Source: a virus
Lineage: Duplodnaviria > Caudoviricetes
Length of the DNA stretch: 64,000 nucleotides
IMG/VR virus record: IMGVR_UViG_3300037478_000223
Location: 1-64,000 of that record
Direction: 5' to 3' (one strand)
Within the stretch, counting starts at the first letter, position 1; each line of letters begins with the position of its first letter. This document shows, in pieces, positions 1-9,688 of the stretch. The position numbers and the translations under genes are program-made. The notes below the pieces were generated by a model, which was not told the DNA's origin, did no database searches, and saw only the letters and a list, made by a program, of their open reading frames with translations.

Positions 1-88
1 TCCGGCGTCGTCGGGGCCGAAGCTTCCCGCGCTGACCGGGGCGCGACCTAGACCGTGTGTGGGGTCCAGGCCGCGCCCCAGGGTGGGC

Positions 89-313
89 TCAGCCCCAGGG
101 CTCGCAGTCGTGTTCGGCCGCGATGTCCCAGAAAGCCGCGCCGCCGTCAGCACGCATGATGTCCGCGATGGTGTCGCGGACGGGCATGTCGGTGTCGATG
201 CTGTCGGCCAAGTTGGTGAGATCGGTGACGATGGCGGCAACGTCGTGGTTGTCTGCGCTCTGGTGGGTGGAGCTGTTCAGCTTCCGAATGACCATGTCGC
301 GGATGGTGTCCAT
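89..313 (-). CDS. small cassette protein, unknown function
   Basis: ATG after GGAGG RBS, directly downstream of repeated promoter unit at 354-394. Confidence 0.65.
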   Translation of the reverse strand: MDTIRDMVIRKLNSSTHQSADNHDVAAIVTDLTNLADSIDTDMPVRDTIADIMRADGGAAFWDIAAEHDCEPWG

Positions 314-353
314 GTGTTCCTCCGTGGTGTGTGTTCCCGACCTTGCAAGAACT

Positions 354-394
354 ATGTTACACACCTGAGTCCGAGAATGCAACACCCGGGTTGC
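354..394 (-). promoter_or_regulatory. operator-promoter unit (TTGCAT-N17-TAACAT; GCAAC-N6-GTTGC at 379-394)
   Basis: Matches the repeated 41-bp unit; divergent from the unit at 394-434. Confidence 0.85.
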
Positions 395-434
395 GAACGC
401 CTGAGTTGCGCGAAAGCCGGGAGGTGTGTAACGT
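394..434 (+). promoter_or_regulatory. operator-promoter unit (TTGCGC-N17-TAACGT; degenerate CGAAC-N6-GTTGC)
   Basis: -35 at 406-411, -10 at 429-434, followed by AGGTCAGGGAAAC leader and RBS. Confidence 0.85.
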
Positions 435-486
435 AGTGCTCACGAGGTCAGGGAAACGGTCCCAACCCACCCACCAAGGAGACACC

Positions 487-834
487 ATGCGCGCCTACAC
501 CTTCACCCCCGACAACGGCGACCAGGCCATCACCATCACGGCCGTCAACAAGGTGGCCTTCTACGTCCAGCTCGGTAAGACACTGGACCGCAACGGTCAG
601 GCCATCCGCGTGAGCAGCGTCGGCCCGGACGTCTGGGACGGCGACACCTACCTCGGGCACGTCACCTCGGTCAACGTTCGCGAGATCTGGACCGTGAGCA
701 CCAAGCGCGGCCCCCGCTACTACTACTACGCCCAGCGCGTGTTTCCGATGCGGAAGCTGGAAGCGCTCGCGATGATCGCGAACGGGACCGCTGTGCTGGT
801 GGAGCGTCCCGAGTTCCTTGGTCCGCGCAAGTGA
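487..834 (+). CDS. small cassette protein, unknown function
   Basis: AAGGAG RBS + ATG after promoter unit. Confidence 0.7.
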   Translation: MRAYTFTPDNGDQAITITAVNKVAFYVQLGKTLDRNGQAIRVSSVGPDVWDGDTYLGHVTSVNVREIWTVSTKRGPRYYYYAQRVFPMRKLEALAMIANGTAVLVERPEFLGPRK

Positions 835-874
835 TCGACACGCCACCGGTGCCGCCTCGGCGCCGGTGGCGTAA

Positions 875-915
875 GCAACACGCGAGTTGCGCAGCCGCCA
901 CAAGGTGTGTAACGT
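875..915 (+). promoter_or_regulatory. operator-promoter unit
   Basis: GCAAC-ACGCGA-GTTGC 875-890; TTGCGC-N17-TAACGT. Confidence 0.9.
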
Positions 916-955
916 AGTTCTCGTCAGGCCGGGAACACACACCACGGAGGAACAC

Positions 956-1480
956 ATGGACACCACCACCGCTCAGGGCAACGCCACCGCCAAGGCGAAC
1001 ATGCTGGGCGTCATCCTCGGCGCGAAGGTCTCCGACCTCGAAGCGAGCACCGTTCGCCTCACCGGGGGTGAGAGCGCCGGTGTCATCCAGTTCACGCTCA
1101 CCAAGGGCGACATCGTCCGCAACGTGACCATCCGCGTGGGCGACACGATGAACTACGAGATCGGCGACGCCGAGTGGAACACGATCAACCACGGCAACAC
1201 GGCCGCCGCCATGAACAAGTTCCTGGCGCGCGAGTTCGCCTGAGCGCGACGACACGGAAGGAAGGCAGTCATGACCAGCAACACCCCCATCACCGGAGAC
1301 CTGTCCATCACGACCGCTGACGGAACGGTGCTGAACGCGCGTACCGATCTGGCGCTTGCGTGGAAGTGGGCCCGGCACGAGCACGGCGACCAGTGGGACA
1401 GCCTGAGCCGCCGCGAGAAGATCGACAGCGCCGGGGACGCGCTGGCGGAGCTTCGCCGCTCGTACTACTCGGCAGGCTGA
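956..1480 (+). CDS. two small cassette proteins (956-1243, 1271-1480)
   Basis: Each has a strong RBS; downstream of promoter unit. Confidence 0.65.
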
Positions 1481-1502
1481 TCGCGGATCCTCTGGGGATC
1501 GC

Positions 1503-1543
1503 GCAACATTAGGGTTGCGCGATCCCCGAAAAGTGTGTAACGT
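1503..1543 (+). promoter_or_regulatory. operator-promoter unit
   Basis: GCAAC-ATTAGG-GTTGC 1503-1518; TTGCGC-N17-TAACGT. Confidence 0.9.
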
Positions 1544-1583
1544 AGTGCTCATCAGGTCGGGAGCACAAAACACGGAGGAAATC

Positions 1584-1964
1584 ATGAACGTCACCACCAA
1601 CGGAATCACGGTCCACAACGGCTGGATCGGCGGCGGTGAGTCCGGCGTTCACTGCGGCTCCGCCAAGCGTCGCAACTTCAAGATCACCCAGTTCATGGCC
1701 ACCGACGCCCCGGTCAACTGCAAGCGCTGCCTGGGAATCCGCGAAGAGCGCCCCGCCGCGCCGGTCGCCCAGAAGACCACCGCGACCATCTCCGCCATGG
1801 AGCTGACCGAGGGGATGACGGTCATGGTCAAGGGCAACGCTCGCCGGGTCGTCTCGATCAGCAACCACATCAACGGTGAGGCGCTGAACGTCCGGGTCCG
1901 CATCGGGGCCAAGACCAAGACGTTCCCGGTCCGCAAGAACGCCAAGGTCAAGGTTCAGAGCTGA
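1584..1964 (+). CDS. small basic cassette protein with Cys/His motif (HCGS...NCKRC)
   Basis: GGAGG RBS + ATG; ORF translation. Confidence 0.65.
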   Translation: MNVTTNGITVHNGWIGGGESGVHCGSAKRRNFKITQFMATDAPVNCKRCLGIREERPAAPVAQKTTATISAMELTEGMTVMVKGNARRVVSISNHINGEALNVRVRIGAKTKTFPVRKNAKVKVQS

Positions 1965-2368
1965 CCGGGGAAGGGCCGCCCCCAGGCCGGGGGCGGCCCC
2001 GCACCACCCACTCACGGAACACAGCAAAGGGGAACACCATGTCTGACTACAACGTCCGCTGGCGCGTCGGGGAAACCGTCGTGGAGGAAGCCGTGATCGC
2101 CGCCCGTTCAGCACTCCAGGCCGCACGGACCTTCGCGAAGCGCGAAGAACTTGCCGTAGAGGTGTCTACACGGCGCCCTGAGGGTGCCGTTATCGTCTGG
2201 TCTGTCCTGGACGGCACCGGGACCTCTGCGGGGGCTCTCCTGGTCATCTGAGGCATCCATGAGGGGGAAGAGCAGGCGCGCCAGCGCCCGAGCCACCCCG
2301 AGGCACCACGGCGGAGGCCGGTCCCCTGTGAGGGGGACCGGCCTCTGTTGCTGTGTGGCACGCGTCAC

Positions 2369-2409
2369 GCAACGTCGGAGTTGCACATCCCTCGCGAGGT
2401 GTGTAACGT
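2369..2409 (+). promoter_or_regulatory. operator-promoter unit
   Basis: GCAAC-GTCGGA-GTTGC 2369-2384; TTGCAC-N17-TAACGT. Confidence 0.9.
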
Positions 2410-2453
2410 AGTGCTCGCAAGGTTGACAACAGCACAGCGAAACGGGGAACACC

Positions 2454-2735
2454 ATGAACACCATGAACACCAAGACCACCGTCGCCGCCATCACCGTGGA
2501 CTACAGCGGAACCCCCGTCACGGCGGACATCAACGAGTACCGCAGCCCCAACGGCAAGGTCTCCTACATGGTCGCCACCGAGCAGCACGATGGATTCAGC
2601 GCCATGATCTACAGCACTTGGTACGGACACGCTCAGGTGGAGCGCCCGGTGGACGACGACATGAAGTGGCGCGCACGCAACGTTCTGCTCCTGGAGATCG
2701 ACAACCAGGGTGGCCTCAACTACATGTCGAAGTGA
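2454..2735 (+). CDS. small cassette protein, unknown function
   Basis: RBS + ATG after promoter; ends before a GC-rich hairpin. Confidence 0.65.
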   Translation: MNTMNTKTTVAAITVDYSGTPVTADINEYRSPNGKVSYMVATEQHDGFSAMIYSTWYGHAQVERPVDDDMKWRARNVLLLEIDNQGGLNYMSK

Positions 2736-2746
2736 CCCACACGGCC

Positions 2747-2778
2747 AAGGGCCGCACCCCCTCGGGGGCGCGGCCCTT
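2747..2778 (+). terminator. intrinsic terminator-like hairpin
   Basis: AAGGGCCGC...GCGGCCCTT inverted repeat just after stop. Confidence 0.6.
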
Positions 2779-2867
2779 CGCCTATGCCCAGACGGCCGCA
2801 CACGCCCCATACACGCCCGCAAACCGCGCCCGAGCACTCCGGGGCGCCGGATGCTCTGATAGGCCGT

Positions 2868-3569
2868 ATGCGCGCCTACCAGCACCCCACGACGCGGAAC
2901 TTCGGAGACGTCCTCCCGCTACCCATCCTCGAACACGTCACCGGGAAACGACCCCGCCGGGCCGACCGCTCCGAAACCGGGAAAGTGGTCTCTGTCGGCT
3001 CGGTCCTCCCCGTCATGCGCCCCGGAGACTGGGTGTGGGGCACCGGCACACAGACCGACCGCCGCTACAGCGCCCGCGAAACTACCTTCCTCGCCGTACG
3101 CGGCCCCCTCACCCGGGCAGCCATCGACGGAGCACACGTGCCAGAGATCTACGGGGACCCCGCCCTACTCCTACCGGACATGTACACCCCCGACGTCACC
3201 CGGCGCCACAGCGTCGGCATCCTCGCCCACTACATGGACCACTCCGCCGCCGCCGCCAAACACCCCGACGCACTCAACATATGGATGAAGGGCCCGTGGC
3301 GGACCATCATCCGCAAGGCGCTCTCGTGTGAACGGATCATCGCAACCAGCCTGCACGGGATCGTGATCGCAGATGCCTACAACATCCCCGTCACCTGGCA
3401 CGGCTCCTACTCCGGCAAGATCGCCTCAACGAGCATGAAGTTCCAAGACTACTTTCTTGGCACGCGTGGGGTCACGGTCCGTCCAGGGCCCGTGCCACGC
3501 CTGCCCCGGGATGAGTACCGGATGCTGTGCGCGCGGCTCTACGCGGCAGCCAAGCGGCTTCCGGCATGA
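2868..3569 (+). CDS. polysaccharide pyruvyl transferase family (ExoV-like)
   Basis: NFGD, GSV, VWGTG, AVRGPLT, GDPALL, SLHGIVIADAY, KFQDY motifs. Confidence 0.85.
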   Translation: MRAYQHPTTRNFGDVLPLPILEHVTGKRPRRADRSETGKVVSVGSVLPVMRPGDWVWGTGTQTDRRYSARETTFLAVRGPLTRAAIDGAHVPEIYGDPALLLPDMYTPDVTRRHSVGILAHYMDHSAAAAKHPDALNIWMKGPWRTIIRKALSCERIIATSLHGIVIADAYNIPVTWHGSYSGKIASTSMKFQDYFLGTRGVTVRPGPVPRLPRDEYRMLCARLYAAAKRLPA

Positions 3570-3626
3570 TGAGATTCTCTACCGTCCGCTACACAGTCCG
3601 GAAGCTGCCAATGGGAGGATGAACCG

Positions 3627-4007
3627 ATGGGCTACGGAGTGTATGAGGATGGCGACCGGTGGGCCGGGTACATGGTTCCGGGCGTGTGCGACGCCACCGG
3701 CTGCGAGACCAAGATAGATCGCGGCGTGTCCTACAAGTGCGAATACCACGGGGATGAGTACGACGGCGACGGCGACGAGATCGAGAACGTGCCCGATGGC
3801 TGCGGCATGTTCTTCTGCCCCGCACATCACTTCGATCCCGCCGCACACGAGAAGGCCGTAGCCAAGCCGGACACGCCGGAGTGGCTGGCATGGATGCTCA
3901 CCGACGACTCATGGAAAGAGTGGCGCGTCGCCAACCCCAAGCGCGTGGAAACGATGCGCTCAGACCCGGCCGTCATGGATGCCATGGCAAGCCCCGGGAC
4001 AGAATGA
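3627..4007 (+). CDS. Cys/His-rich (probably Zn-binding) phage hypothetical protein
   Basis: CDATGC, IDRG..Y.C, CGMFFCPAHH. Confidence 0.65.
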   Translation: MGYGVYEDGDRWAGYMVPGVCDATGCETKIDRGVSYKCEYHGDEYDGDGDEIENVPDGCGMFFCPAHHFDPAAHEKAVAKPDTPEWLAWMLTDDSWKEWRVANPKRVETMRSDPAVMDAMASPGTE

Positions 4008-4052
4008 ACAAGGGCCCCTACCGCACTGGTAGGGGCCCTCGTTGAACTGCAC

Positions 4053-4382
4053 TCAGATTTCGCTGAGCGTGTAGATCCGGCATGCCGATCCGCAGAAGTC
4101 ATCCACGTTCGGGACCGGCGTGCCACACGGGCACTCGTGCTCCCACTTCTCGACGTCCGCGAACGTGACTGCTCCGGCCGTGCCGTAGATCGTGAAGTAG
4201 CGATCGGTGATGTCCATGCCACGCGGGTGGACGTCGCGGGTGGTGGAGGTCACGTGGTCGCCGTGGCGCTCGCGGTAGGCGGCAACGATGGCGTCCTGGG
4301 GGGTCTCGGCCTGGATCGCGCGGAAGATGTGGGGGTGGCGTCCGCCCTGGGCTGCGGTGAGGGTGACGGTGTAGGTGTTCAT
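4053..4382 (-). CDS. small cassette protein with C-terminal CxC...C...C motif
   Basis: GGAGG RBS after promoter 4424-4464. Confidence 0.65.
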   Translation of the reverse strand: MNTYTVTLTAAQGGRHPHIFRAIQAETPQDAIVAAYRERHGDHVTSTTRDVHPRGMDITDRYFTIYGTAGAVTFADVEKWEHECPCGTPVPNVDDFCGSACRIYTLSEI

Positions 4383-4423
4383 GGTGTTCCTCCGTGGTGT
4401 GTGTTCCCGACCTGACAACCACT

Positions 4424-4464
4424 ACGTTACACACTTTGCGGCGCGTGTGCAACTCGGACGTTGC
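4424..4464 (-). promoter_or_regulatory. operator-promoter unit
   Basis: GCAAC-TCGGAC-GTTGC 4449-4464; TTGCAC-N17-TAACGT on -. Confidence 0.9.
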
Positions 4465-4558
4465 GAACCGGAGTGCCCAGTCAGAACGTCGCCTTCCTGC
4501 GGCAACGATGAGGGCCCGTCACCGTGAGTGGTGACGGGCCCTCGTGGGGTGGTGCGCA

Positions 4559-4873
4559 TTACTGCGCGTCAGCGAACCAAGACGCCTTCACGTCGAACTT
4601 CCACCCCCGACGCTGGCCGGACATGGAGGTCCGCCCGAAGTCCCATGCAGACTCCATGCCACTCTCCACGATCTCCGGGATGCGGCGGGACATGCGCGCG
4701 GTCCGCGCGGCCTCGGTGGCTGCGGGGAAGGCGGGGCAGTACCGCGCGTACGCGTGGCGCCGCGCGACCTCGCGCAGCTCGTCCGCGCTCATGCGGCGCG
4801 CCTCGCCCCGCTTGCCGTCGATGACCTCGACGACGACGAAGGTGGCGTTCGCGGGGATCGTGGTGTTCTGCAT
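4559..4873 (-). CDS. small cassette protein, unknown function
   Basis: AGGAGG RBS after promoter 4930-4970. Confidence 0.65.
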   Translation of the reverse strand: MQNTTIPANATFVVVEVIDGKRGEARRMSADELREVARRHAYARYCPAFPAATEAARTARMSRRIPEIVESGMESAWDFGRTSMSGQRRGWKFDVKASWFADAQ

Positions 4874-4929
4874 GGTGTGACCTCCTGGTCGGTGCGGGTC
4901 GGGACTGTTTCCCTGACCTCGTGAGCACT

Positions 4930-4970
4930 ACGTTACACACCTTTCCCGGGTTGCGCAACCTGACAGTTGC
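4930..4970 (-). promoter_or_regulatory. operator-promoter unit
   Basis: GCAAC-CTGACA-GTTGC 4955-4970; TTGCGC-N17-TAACGT on -. Confidence 0.9.
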
Positions 4971-5059
4971 GAACAGCCTCACTCACACCACCACGAAAGG
5001 TAAGAAACGTGAGAGACACACCTCATGCCTACGCAACACACACGAAGTACGATCAGCGC

Positions 5060-5509
5060 ATGAAGCAGCGGCCTATCACAGATGCCACAGCACGCCCCAA
5101 CCCGCGCCACCGCAAGGCAGGAGTCGTTGCCAACCGCGACCGTTTCGGGCTTCGCCGCAAGCCCATTCGCGACACCAGGAACAACGCCATCCTTCCCGGC
5201 AATACGGTCTCCGGCTCCGCCGACATGTTCCCCCGACACGTCACCATCAAGGAAGGCAAGCGCTCCCGCACCGAACGATGGGCACGCATCATCGTCACCG
5301 ACGAAGCCGTGTACATCGCCACCACGCGCAACAAGGGCAACGACGTCATCAGCGTCGAGAAGCACACGCGCCCCGAAGGGGACCGAACCACCACGGGCCC
5401 ACACGCCGGGCACTGGGGGAACCTCTCCTGGACCGGTTGCGGCTGTGGGAACTCGTGGAACAAGCACACCCAGGCAGACCTCATCTCCCGCGCCAAGACC
5501 GTGAAGTGA
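5060..5509 (+). CDS. phage protein preceding portal (C-terminal GCGCG motif)
   Basis: Position and WTGCGCGNSW motif; 6 nt before portal start. Confidence 0.55.
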   Translation: MKQRPITDATARPNPRHRKAGVVANRDRFGLRRKPIRDTRNNAILPGNTVSGSADMFPRHVTIKEGKRSRTERWARIIVTDEAVYIATTRNKGNDVISVEKHTRPEGDRTTTGPHAGHWGNLSWTGCGCGNSWNKHTQADLISRAKTVK

Positions 5510-5515
5510 CACGCT

Positions 5516-7567
5516 ATGGGACTGTTCTCGACTGCTGATGAGCCGCTGACAGCCGCTGTAGTGCGGTCCTACCGGAAGATTCCGGACACGATCAAGTACA
5601 ACGTCACCGCCTCGGACATGTGGCACCTCTACCACTGTGTCCCCGAGATCTACTACGTCGTCAACCAGCAAGCACGCAACGTCGGCCGCCTGGACTGGCG
5701 CGTCAAGATCGATGGCTCAGTCGTTGACGACGAAAACTCCGACTCCGCCGACATCCTCCGTAAGGTCTTCGGCCGCGACCTACGCGGCCTCATCGTCAAA
5801 GCCGCCATTCACCTGCAAGTCGTCGGCGCGTTCTACCTCGTGCGGCACGGCAACATCTGGTCAGTCATGAACTGCCCAGCCCTGCACGACCACAAGCAAC
5901 TCATGGAATCCGCTGACGTGATAGTCCACGTCATCATCGAAAACCCGTGCAACCCCGACTTCGCTGAGTCGCCACTGGAAGCCGTCGCAGACATCGCCCG
6001 GGAACTCATCCTTGCCCGCGCACAGTCCCGAGTCCTGACCCGCTCCCGCACAGCGCAGACCAAGACCATGCTCTACCCCCTCGAAGCGGTCAAGGATCAC
6101 GAGAAGTTCGAAGCCGACTGGCAAGAGATGGCCATGGAACCGGCCGTTGACGAGAAGTCAGCCGTACTCGCGGGCAACCTGGTAGGCGTCCCCAAGGAAT
6201 ACATCCAGGACTTCACGCCGGTGGACATGTCCAAGCCCTCCGACGAGAAACTTCCCGACCGTATCGACCGGCTGATCAAGCAGCTCGCCCTCGGACTGGA
6301 CGCGCCGCCGTCCATCCTGCTTGGGTTCGAAGAAGCCTCCCAGTGGAACGCTCACGTCATCCAGGAAGACAACTGGCTGGGTCACATCGAACCGATGGCC
6401 TTCCCGATCGGTCAGGCGCTCGCGGAAGGCGTGTCCTACCAGGTCTCAGACGCACTCGACCAGGAAGGCGACGAGACCGGCAACCGAGACCGGCAACGCG
6501 ACCGGGACCGGATCGAAGTCACCCCGGACCCCTCTCCGCTGTTGAAGCGTCGCCCGGACCTGCAATCCATCGTGCGCGTATGGGAACTGGGTGGCGTGTC
6601 CGATGAGTGGATGCGGGAGCAGATCGGCGCGCCCGAGTCCGCTGCCGGGCCCGGCCTGACCGTTCAGCCCAGTGAGCGCGCCACCGTCACCGTGAGCGAG
6701 TCCACGAGCAGCAGTGTGGAGGACTCCACCAGCGGCGAGCCGGACCGCATCCAGTCCGAACAGCGGCAACGACAGATCGAACGCGCCCCCGAGCGAGGCA
6801 TCGCAGCAGCCACACACACCGGCCTGGATCCCGCGCGGCTAGCGGACATCGACGACCAGGCATACACCAGCTTCGCGGACCTGCTGTTGGACATCGCAGA
6901 GCGCATCCTGGAGAAACTGGGCGCGAAGGTCCGCACCATCGCACAGGGGCGGGAGATGAACCTTCCCCGCAACGTCTCGAACATCGAACTCGGGACCAGG
7001 TTCCCCGGGTCGATCGCCAACGGGGAAGCGATCATCAACCAGGTGATCACTGATGCCCTGGTCAAGGTGGACCGGATCATCACCCGTGCGGAGGGTCGTA
7101 TCCGCGCGATGGGGATCAACGTGCCCGACAACCCGTCAGACCCGCGCCGTGAAGCAGCACGTGAGACCTTCGCGGACTCCGTACGGGCCGTCGTGGAATC
7201 CATCCGTGCGGGCGGCTCCGGTGAAGGGCTCGCAGCCCAGTACGGGCGCCGTGTCGCGACCGTTGCCGGGGGAGGTGACCCAGAGGATTTTCAAGGGGCC
7301 GACAGCGGGATAGCGCTGTCGGCCCAAACCAAGCGGCAGGCGGAACGTGACCTTGAAATCCAATTCAGTGGGCAGATGCGATGGCTCCACCTGTACCAGG
7401 GCCCACACCCTCACCCCGTACACCTATCCCTGAAAGACGCGCTGATCGATGAGCTACCCGTCTGGACGGGCGAGTTCGAAGCCTTCCCCGGTGACCACCC
7501 GGGGTGCATGTGCGTCACGGCACCAGCAGAAACCACGCCAGTACGAACAGGATGGAGCGCAGCATGA
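5516..7567 (+). CDS. portal protein with C-terminal MuF/minor-head-like domain
   Basis: 683 aa; LALGLDAPPSILLG..A..WNA portal-like segment; C-terminal W.H...H..H...PGDHPGCMC MuF-type motif. Confidence 0.8.
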   Translation: MGLFSTADEPLTAAVVRSYRKIPDTIKYNVTASDMWHLYHCVPEIYYVVNQQARNVGRLDWRVKIDGSVVDDENSDSADILRKVFGRDLRGLIVKAAIHLQVVGAFYLVRHGNIWSVMNCPALHDHKQLMESADVIVHVIIENPCNPDFAESPLEAVADIARELILARAQSRVLTRSRTAQTKTMLYPLEAVKDHEKFEADWQEMAMEPAVDEKSAVLAGNLVGVPKEYIQDFTPVDMSKPSDEKLPDRIDRLIKQLALGLDAPPSILLGFEEASQWNAHVIQEDNWLGHIEPMAFPIGQALAEGVSYQVSDALDQEGDETGNRDRQRDRDRIEVTPDPSPLLKRRPDLQSIVRVWELGGVSDEWMREQIGAPESAAGPGLTVQPSERATVTVSESTSSSVEDSTSGEPDRIQSEQRQRQIERAPERGIAAATHTGLDPARLADIDDQAYTSFADLLLDIAERILEKLGAKVRTIAQGREMNLPRNVSNIELGTRFPGSIANGEAIINQVITDALVKVDRIITRAEGRIRAMGINVPDNPSDPRREAARETFADSVRAVVESIRAGGSGEGLAAQYGRRVATVAGGGDPEDFQGADSGIALSAQTKRQAERDLEIQFSGQMRWLHLYQGPHPHPVHLSLKDALIDELPVWTGEFEAFPGDHPGCMCVTAPAETTPVRTGWSAA

Positions 7568-8010
7568 ACGACGCACTGACCAGGTTCCGACGCTCACTGA
7601 TGCGTCAGACCATCATGGAACCGCCCGTCACAGCGGCAGTCACCGGCAGCATCGACCTGCCGGTATCGGAGCGGGACCACGAATGGGACGGCACCGCCGC
7701 CAAACGGCGTGTGCTCGAAGCGTGCGGCGACGATGCTGAGTGCATCTCCCGCGCGTTCCTCTACCAGGACACCGACGCGGACCCCGCCACTCAGGCGGCA
7801 TGGAAGCTCGGGTTCGCGGACATCATCGATGGAACACTGACCATCGTTCCGCTTGGGGTCGCCGCGACCGCCGGGGGTCGCGGCGTGGACGTGGCAGACG
7901 TCCCCGAGGATGAGAAGGAGAGCATCCGCGCGCGGATCACCCGCCTCTACGACCACATCCGGGACACCTACGATGACTGGCCCGAATCACCGTTCCAGGG
8001 GGACGAATGA
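7564..8010 (+). CDS. head-morphogenesis-associated protein (domain often fused to capsid protease in B-like phages)
   Basis: LPVSERDHEWDG..AKRRV...RAFLY...WKLGFADIIDG.L.IVP motif; overlaps portal stop. Confidence 0.55.
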   Translation: MNDALTRFRRSLMRQTIMEPPVTAAVTGSIDLPVSERDHEWDGTAAKRRVLEACGDDAECISRAFLYQDTDADPATQAAWKLGFADIIDGTLTIVPLGVAATAGGRGVDVADVPEDEKESIRARITRLYDHIRDTYDDWPESPFQGDE

Positions 8011-8771
8011 CAGCCCTACAGCGCCTTCGGATCGCGAAGGTGCACCAGGACATGCGCGCCACGCAACGGGCCCAGGAAGCGGCTCAGAACGCGTCTGCGC
8101 CCGTCGTTGACGGCAAGCCGTGCGACACGTGCCCACCCGATGACGCGGACACGCCAGTCAGCTTGCAATCCCCGGCCGCGACCGTCGTGCCTGACGAACC
8201 GATCACGGCATCCGCTACCGCCGTTCGGGACGCGATCGTGTGGCCAGCCGACCACTTCGAGAAGTGGCGCAGCGCCACGTACGAGCCCCTGACCGTGCAT
8301 CCAGACGGGCAGATCACCGGACACCTCGCCGGGGACGGCTGTTTCCAGAACGGGGACGCGTCGGTGTGCGTGAAGTACAAGCGCGACGTTGACCCGACCT
8401 TGGCGCGGTTCAACACGTGGACCACGACCCTGGACGACGGGAACGTGATCCGCACTGGCGCGCTCACGGCCGGTGGCCCTCACGCGCCGGTCGTGGCAGC
8501 GACGAAACAGGGATGGAAGGATGCTGATATCCGCCGGTTCCATGAGGACACGTCAACCGTGTTCGCTCGTGTCGTCGCGTGGGAAGACGAGAAGGGGCGT
8601 CTTGCGGTTGCTGGCAGCATCATCCCGGAACTCGATCCCATGTTCGTCCGGCAAGTCGCTGGCGCTCCCGTGTCGATCGAAAAGATGCCCATGCATGAAA
8701 CTGGGTGGCGTAACACCCTGGTCGGCGCGCACATGGTTGTCACTCCGGCGCTGCCCGTGGTGACGGGGTGA
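8007..8771 (+). CDS. capsid maturation protease (cluster-B-like)
   Basis: PLTVHPDGQITGHLA...TGALTAGGPHA...ARVVAWED.KG.LAVAG motifs; position after portal. Confidence 0.7.
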   Translation: MTALQRLRIAKVHQDMRATQRAQEAAQNASAPVVDGKPCDTCPPDDADTPVSLQSPAATVVPDEPITASATAVRDAIVWPADHFEKWRSATYEPLTVHPDGQITGHLAGDGCFQNGDASVCVKYKRDVDPTLARFNTWTTTLDDGNVIRTGALTAGGPHAPVVAATKQGWKDADIRRFHEDTSTVFARVVAWEDEKGRLAVAGSIIPELDPMFVRQVAGAPVSIEKMPMHETGWRNTLVGAHMVVTPALPVVTG

Positions 8772-9688
8772 GGATCGCGGCATTCGTTCAGGGGTACGCG
8801 CACGGGCGGGGACGCGCGACCACGAGCCTGGAGCAGATCTCAGCCCTCGGGGATCGCGGCCACGACGTGACCGTGTTCCTGCCCAGCCTACGGAGCTTCA
8901 CGTTCACACCTGGGGTGACGGTCCTGCCTATCGGGGAGTTCGACCCTGCCGCTCGGTACGACGTCGCTGTGTTCAACTCTGGCTTGTCGGTCCCCATGAC
9001 CAAGGCCGTGAACTCCCTGAACGTGCCGAAGCTGATGTGTCAGCACTCATACAACACGAGCGACGTCGGATTGAAGGTCGCTGACACGGTCTGGTATCCG
9101 TCCCGAGCGTGTGCGAACGCGGACACGCGCACCGGCTACCGCAAGTTCCACTGCGCGCCCCCGATCAACCCGACGCTCTACCGCGTGCGGCTCGGGAACG
9201 CGATCGGCGCTGTCTCGACCGCGCGAGCCAAGGGCGGTGACCTCGTGGCAGAGATCGCCCGCAGGATGCCGAAGCGTCGGTTCGTCGTGGCGCGGGATCC
9301 GGCAGGCAACGGGACCCACTTGTTCGCTGGCCTGACGAACGTGGAGGTCATCCCGTTCGGGGACCCGGCGAAGTTCTACGGCCGCTGCAAGATCCTGCTG
9401 TTCCCGTCCGTCACGGAGTCCTACGGCCGCGCACCGGTGGAGGCTGCCGTGTCCGGCATCCCCACCATCGCGACCCCACTCAAGGCCGTGAAAGAGGCGT
9501 TGGGGGGCCGGGGGACGTTCGTCCCGAGGCATCAGGTCAGCTTGTGGGTTCGGGAGGCAGAAAGGATGATGCGCCATCCGATCGTGTGGGCAGCATCCTC
9601 GTCACAGGCGCGGAAGCTTGGCGAGTCACTGGACTATGCGGCAGTGCGGGCCCGGTGGGTGTCCGAGGTGGAGCGGCTGAGGAGATAG
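8768..9688 (+). CDS. GT-B (GT4-like) glycosyltransferase
   Basis: KILLFPS..ESYGRAPVEA..SGIPTIAT motif; GTGA-coupled to protease. Confidence 0.85.
   Translation: MRIAAFVQGYAHGRGRATTSLEQISALGDRGHDVTVFLPSLRSFTFTPGVTVLPIGEFDPAARYDVAVFNSGLSVPMTKAVNSLNVPKLMCQHSYNTSDVGLKVADTVWYPSRACANADTRTGYRKFHCAPPINPTLYRVRLGNAIGAVSTARAKGGDLVAEIARRMPKRRFVVARDPAGNGTHLFAGLTNVEVIPFGDPAKFYGRCKILLFPSVTESYGRAPVEAAVSGIPTIATPLKAVKEALGGRGTFVPRHQVSLWVREAERMMRHPIVWAASSSQARKLGESLDYAAVRARWVSEVERLRR

Noticed and set aside
1-60. Window end joining window start as a complete circular genome (which would prove terminase absence)
   Set aside because: Joining puts the last ORF in a frame with no stop until 436, overlapping a real antisense gene, whereas frame 1 ends naturally at TAG 49-51; a fixed-size window gives no evidence of circular closure.
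354-4970. Repeated units as a CRISPR array
   Set aside because: Units are separated by whole genes of variable length, occur on both strands, read as promoters, and no cas genes are present.
5015-5053. GACACAC as a shared late-promoter (WhiA-like) motif for portal and capsid operons
   Set aside because: Present upstream of both, but spacing to a -10 is inconsistent and the motif is short enough to occur by chance.
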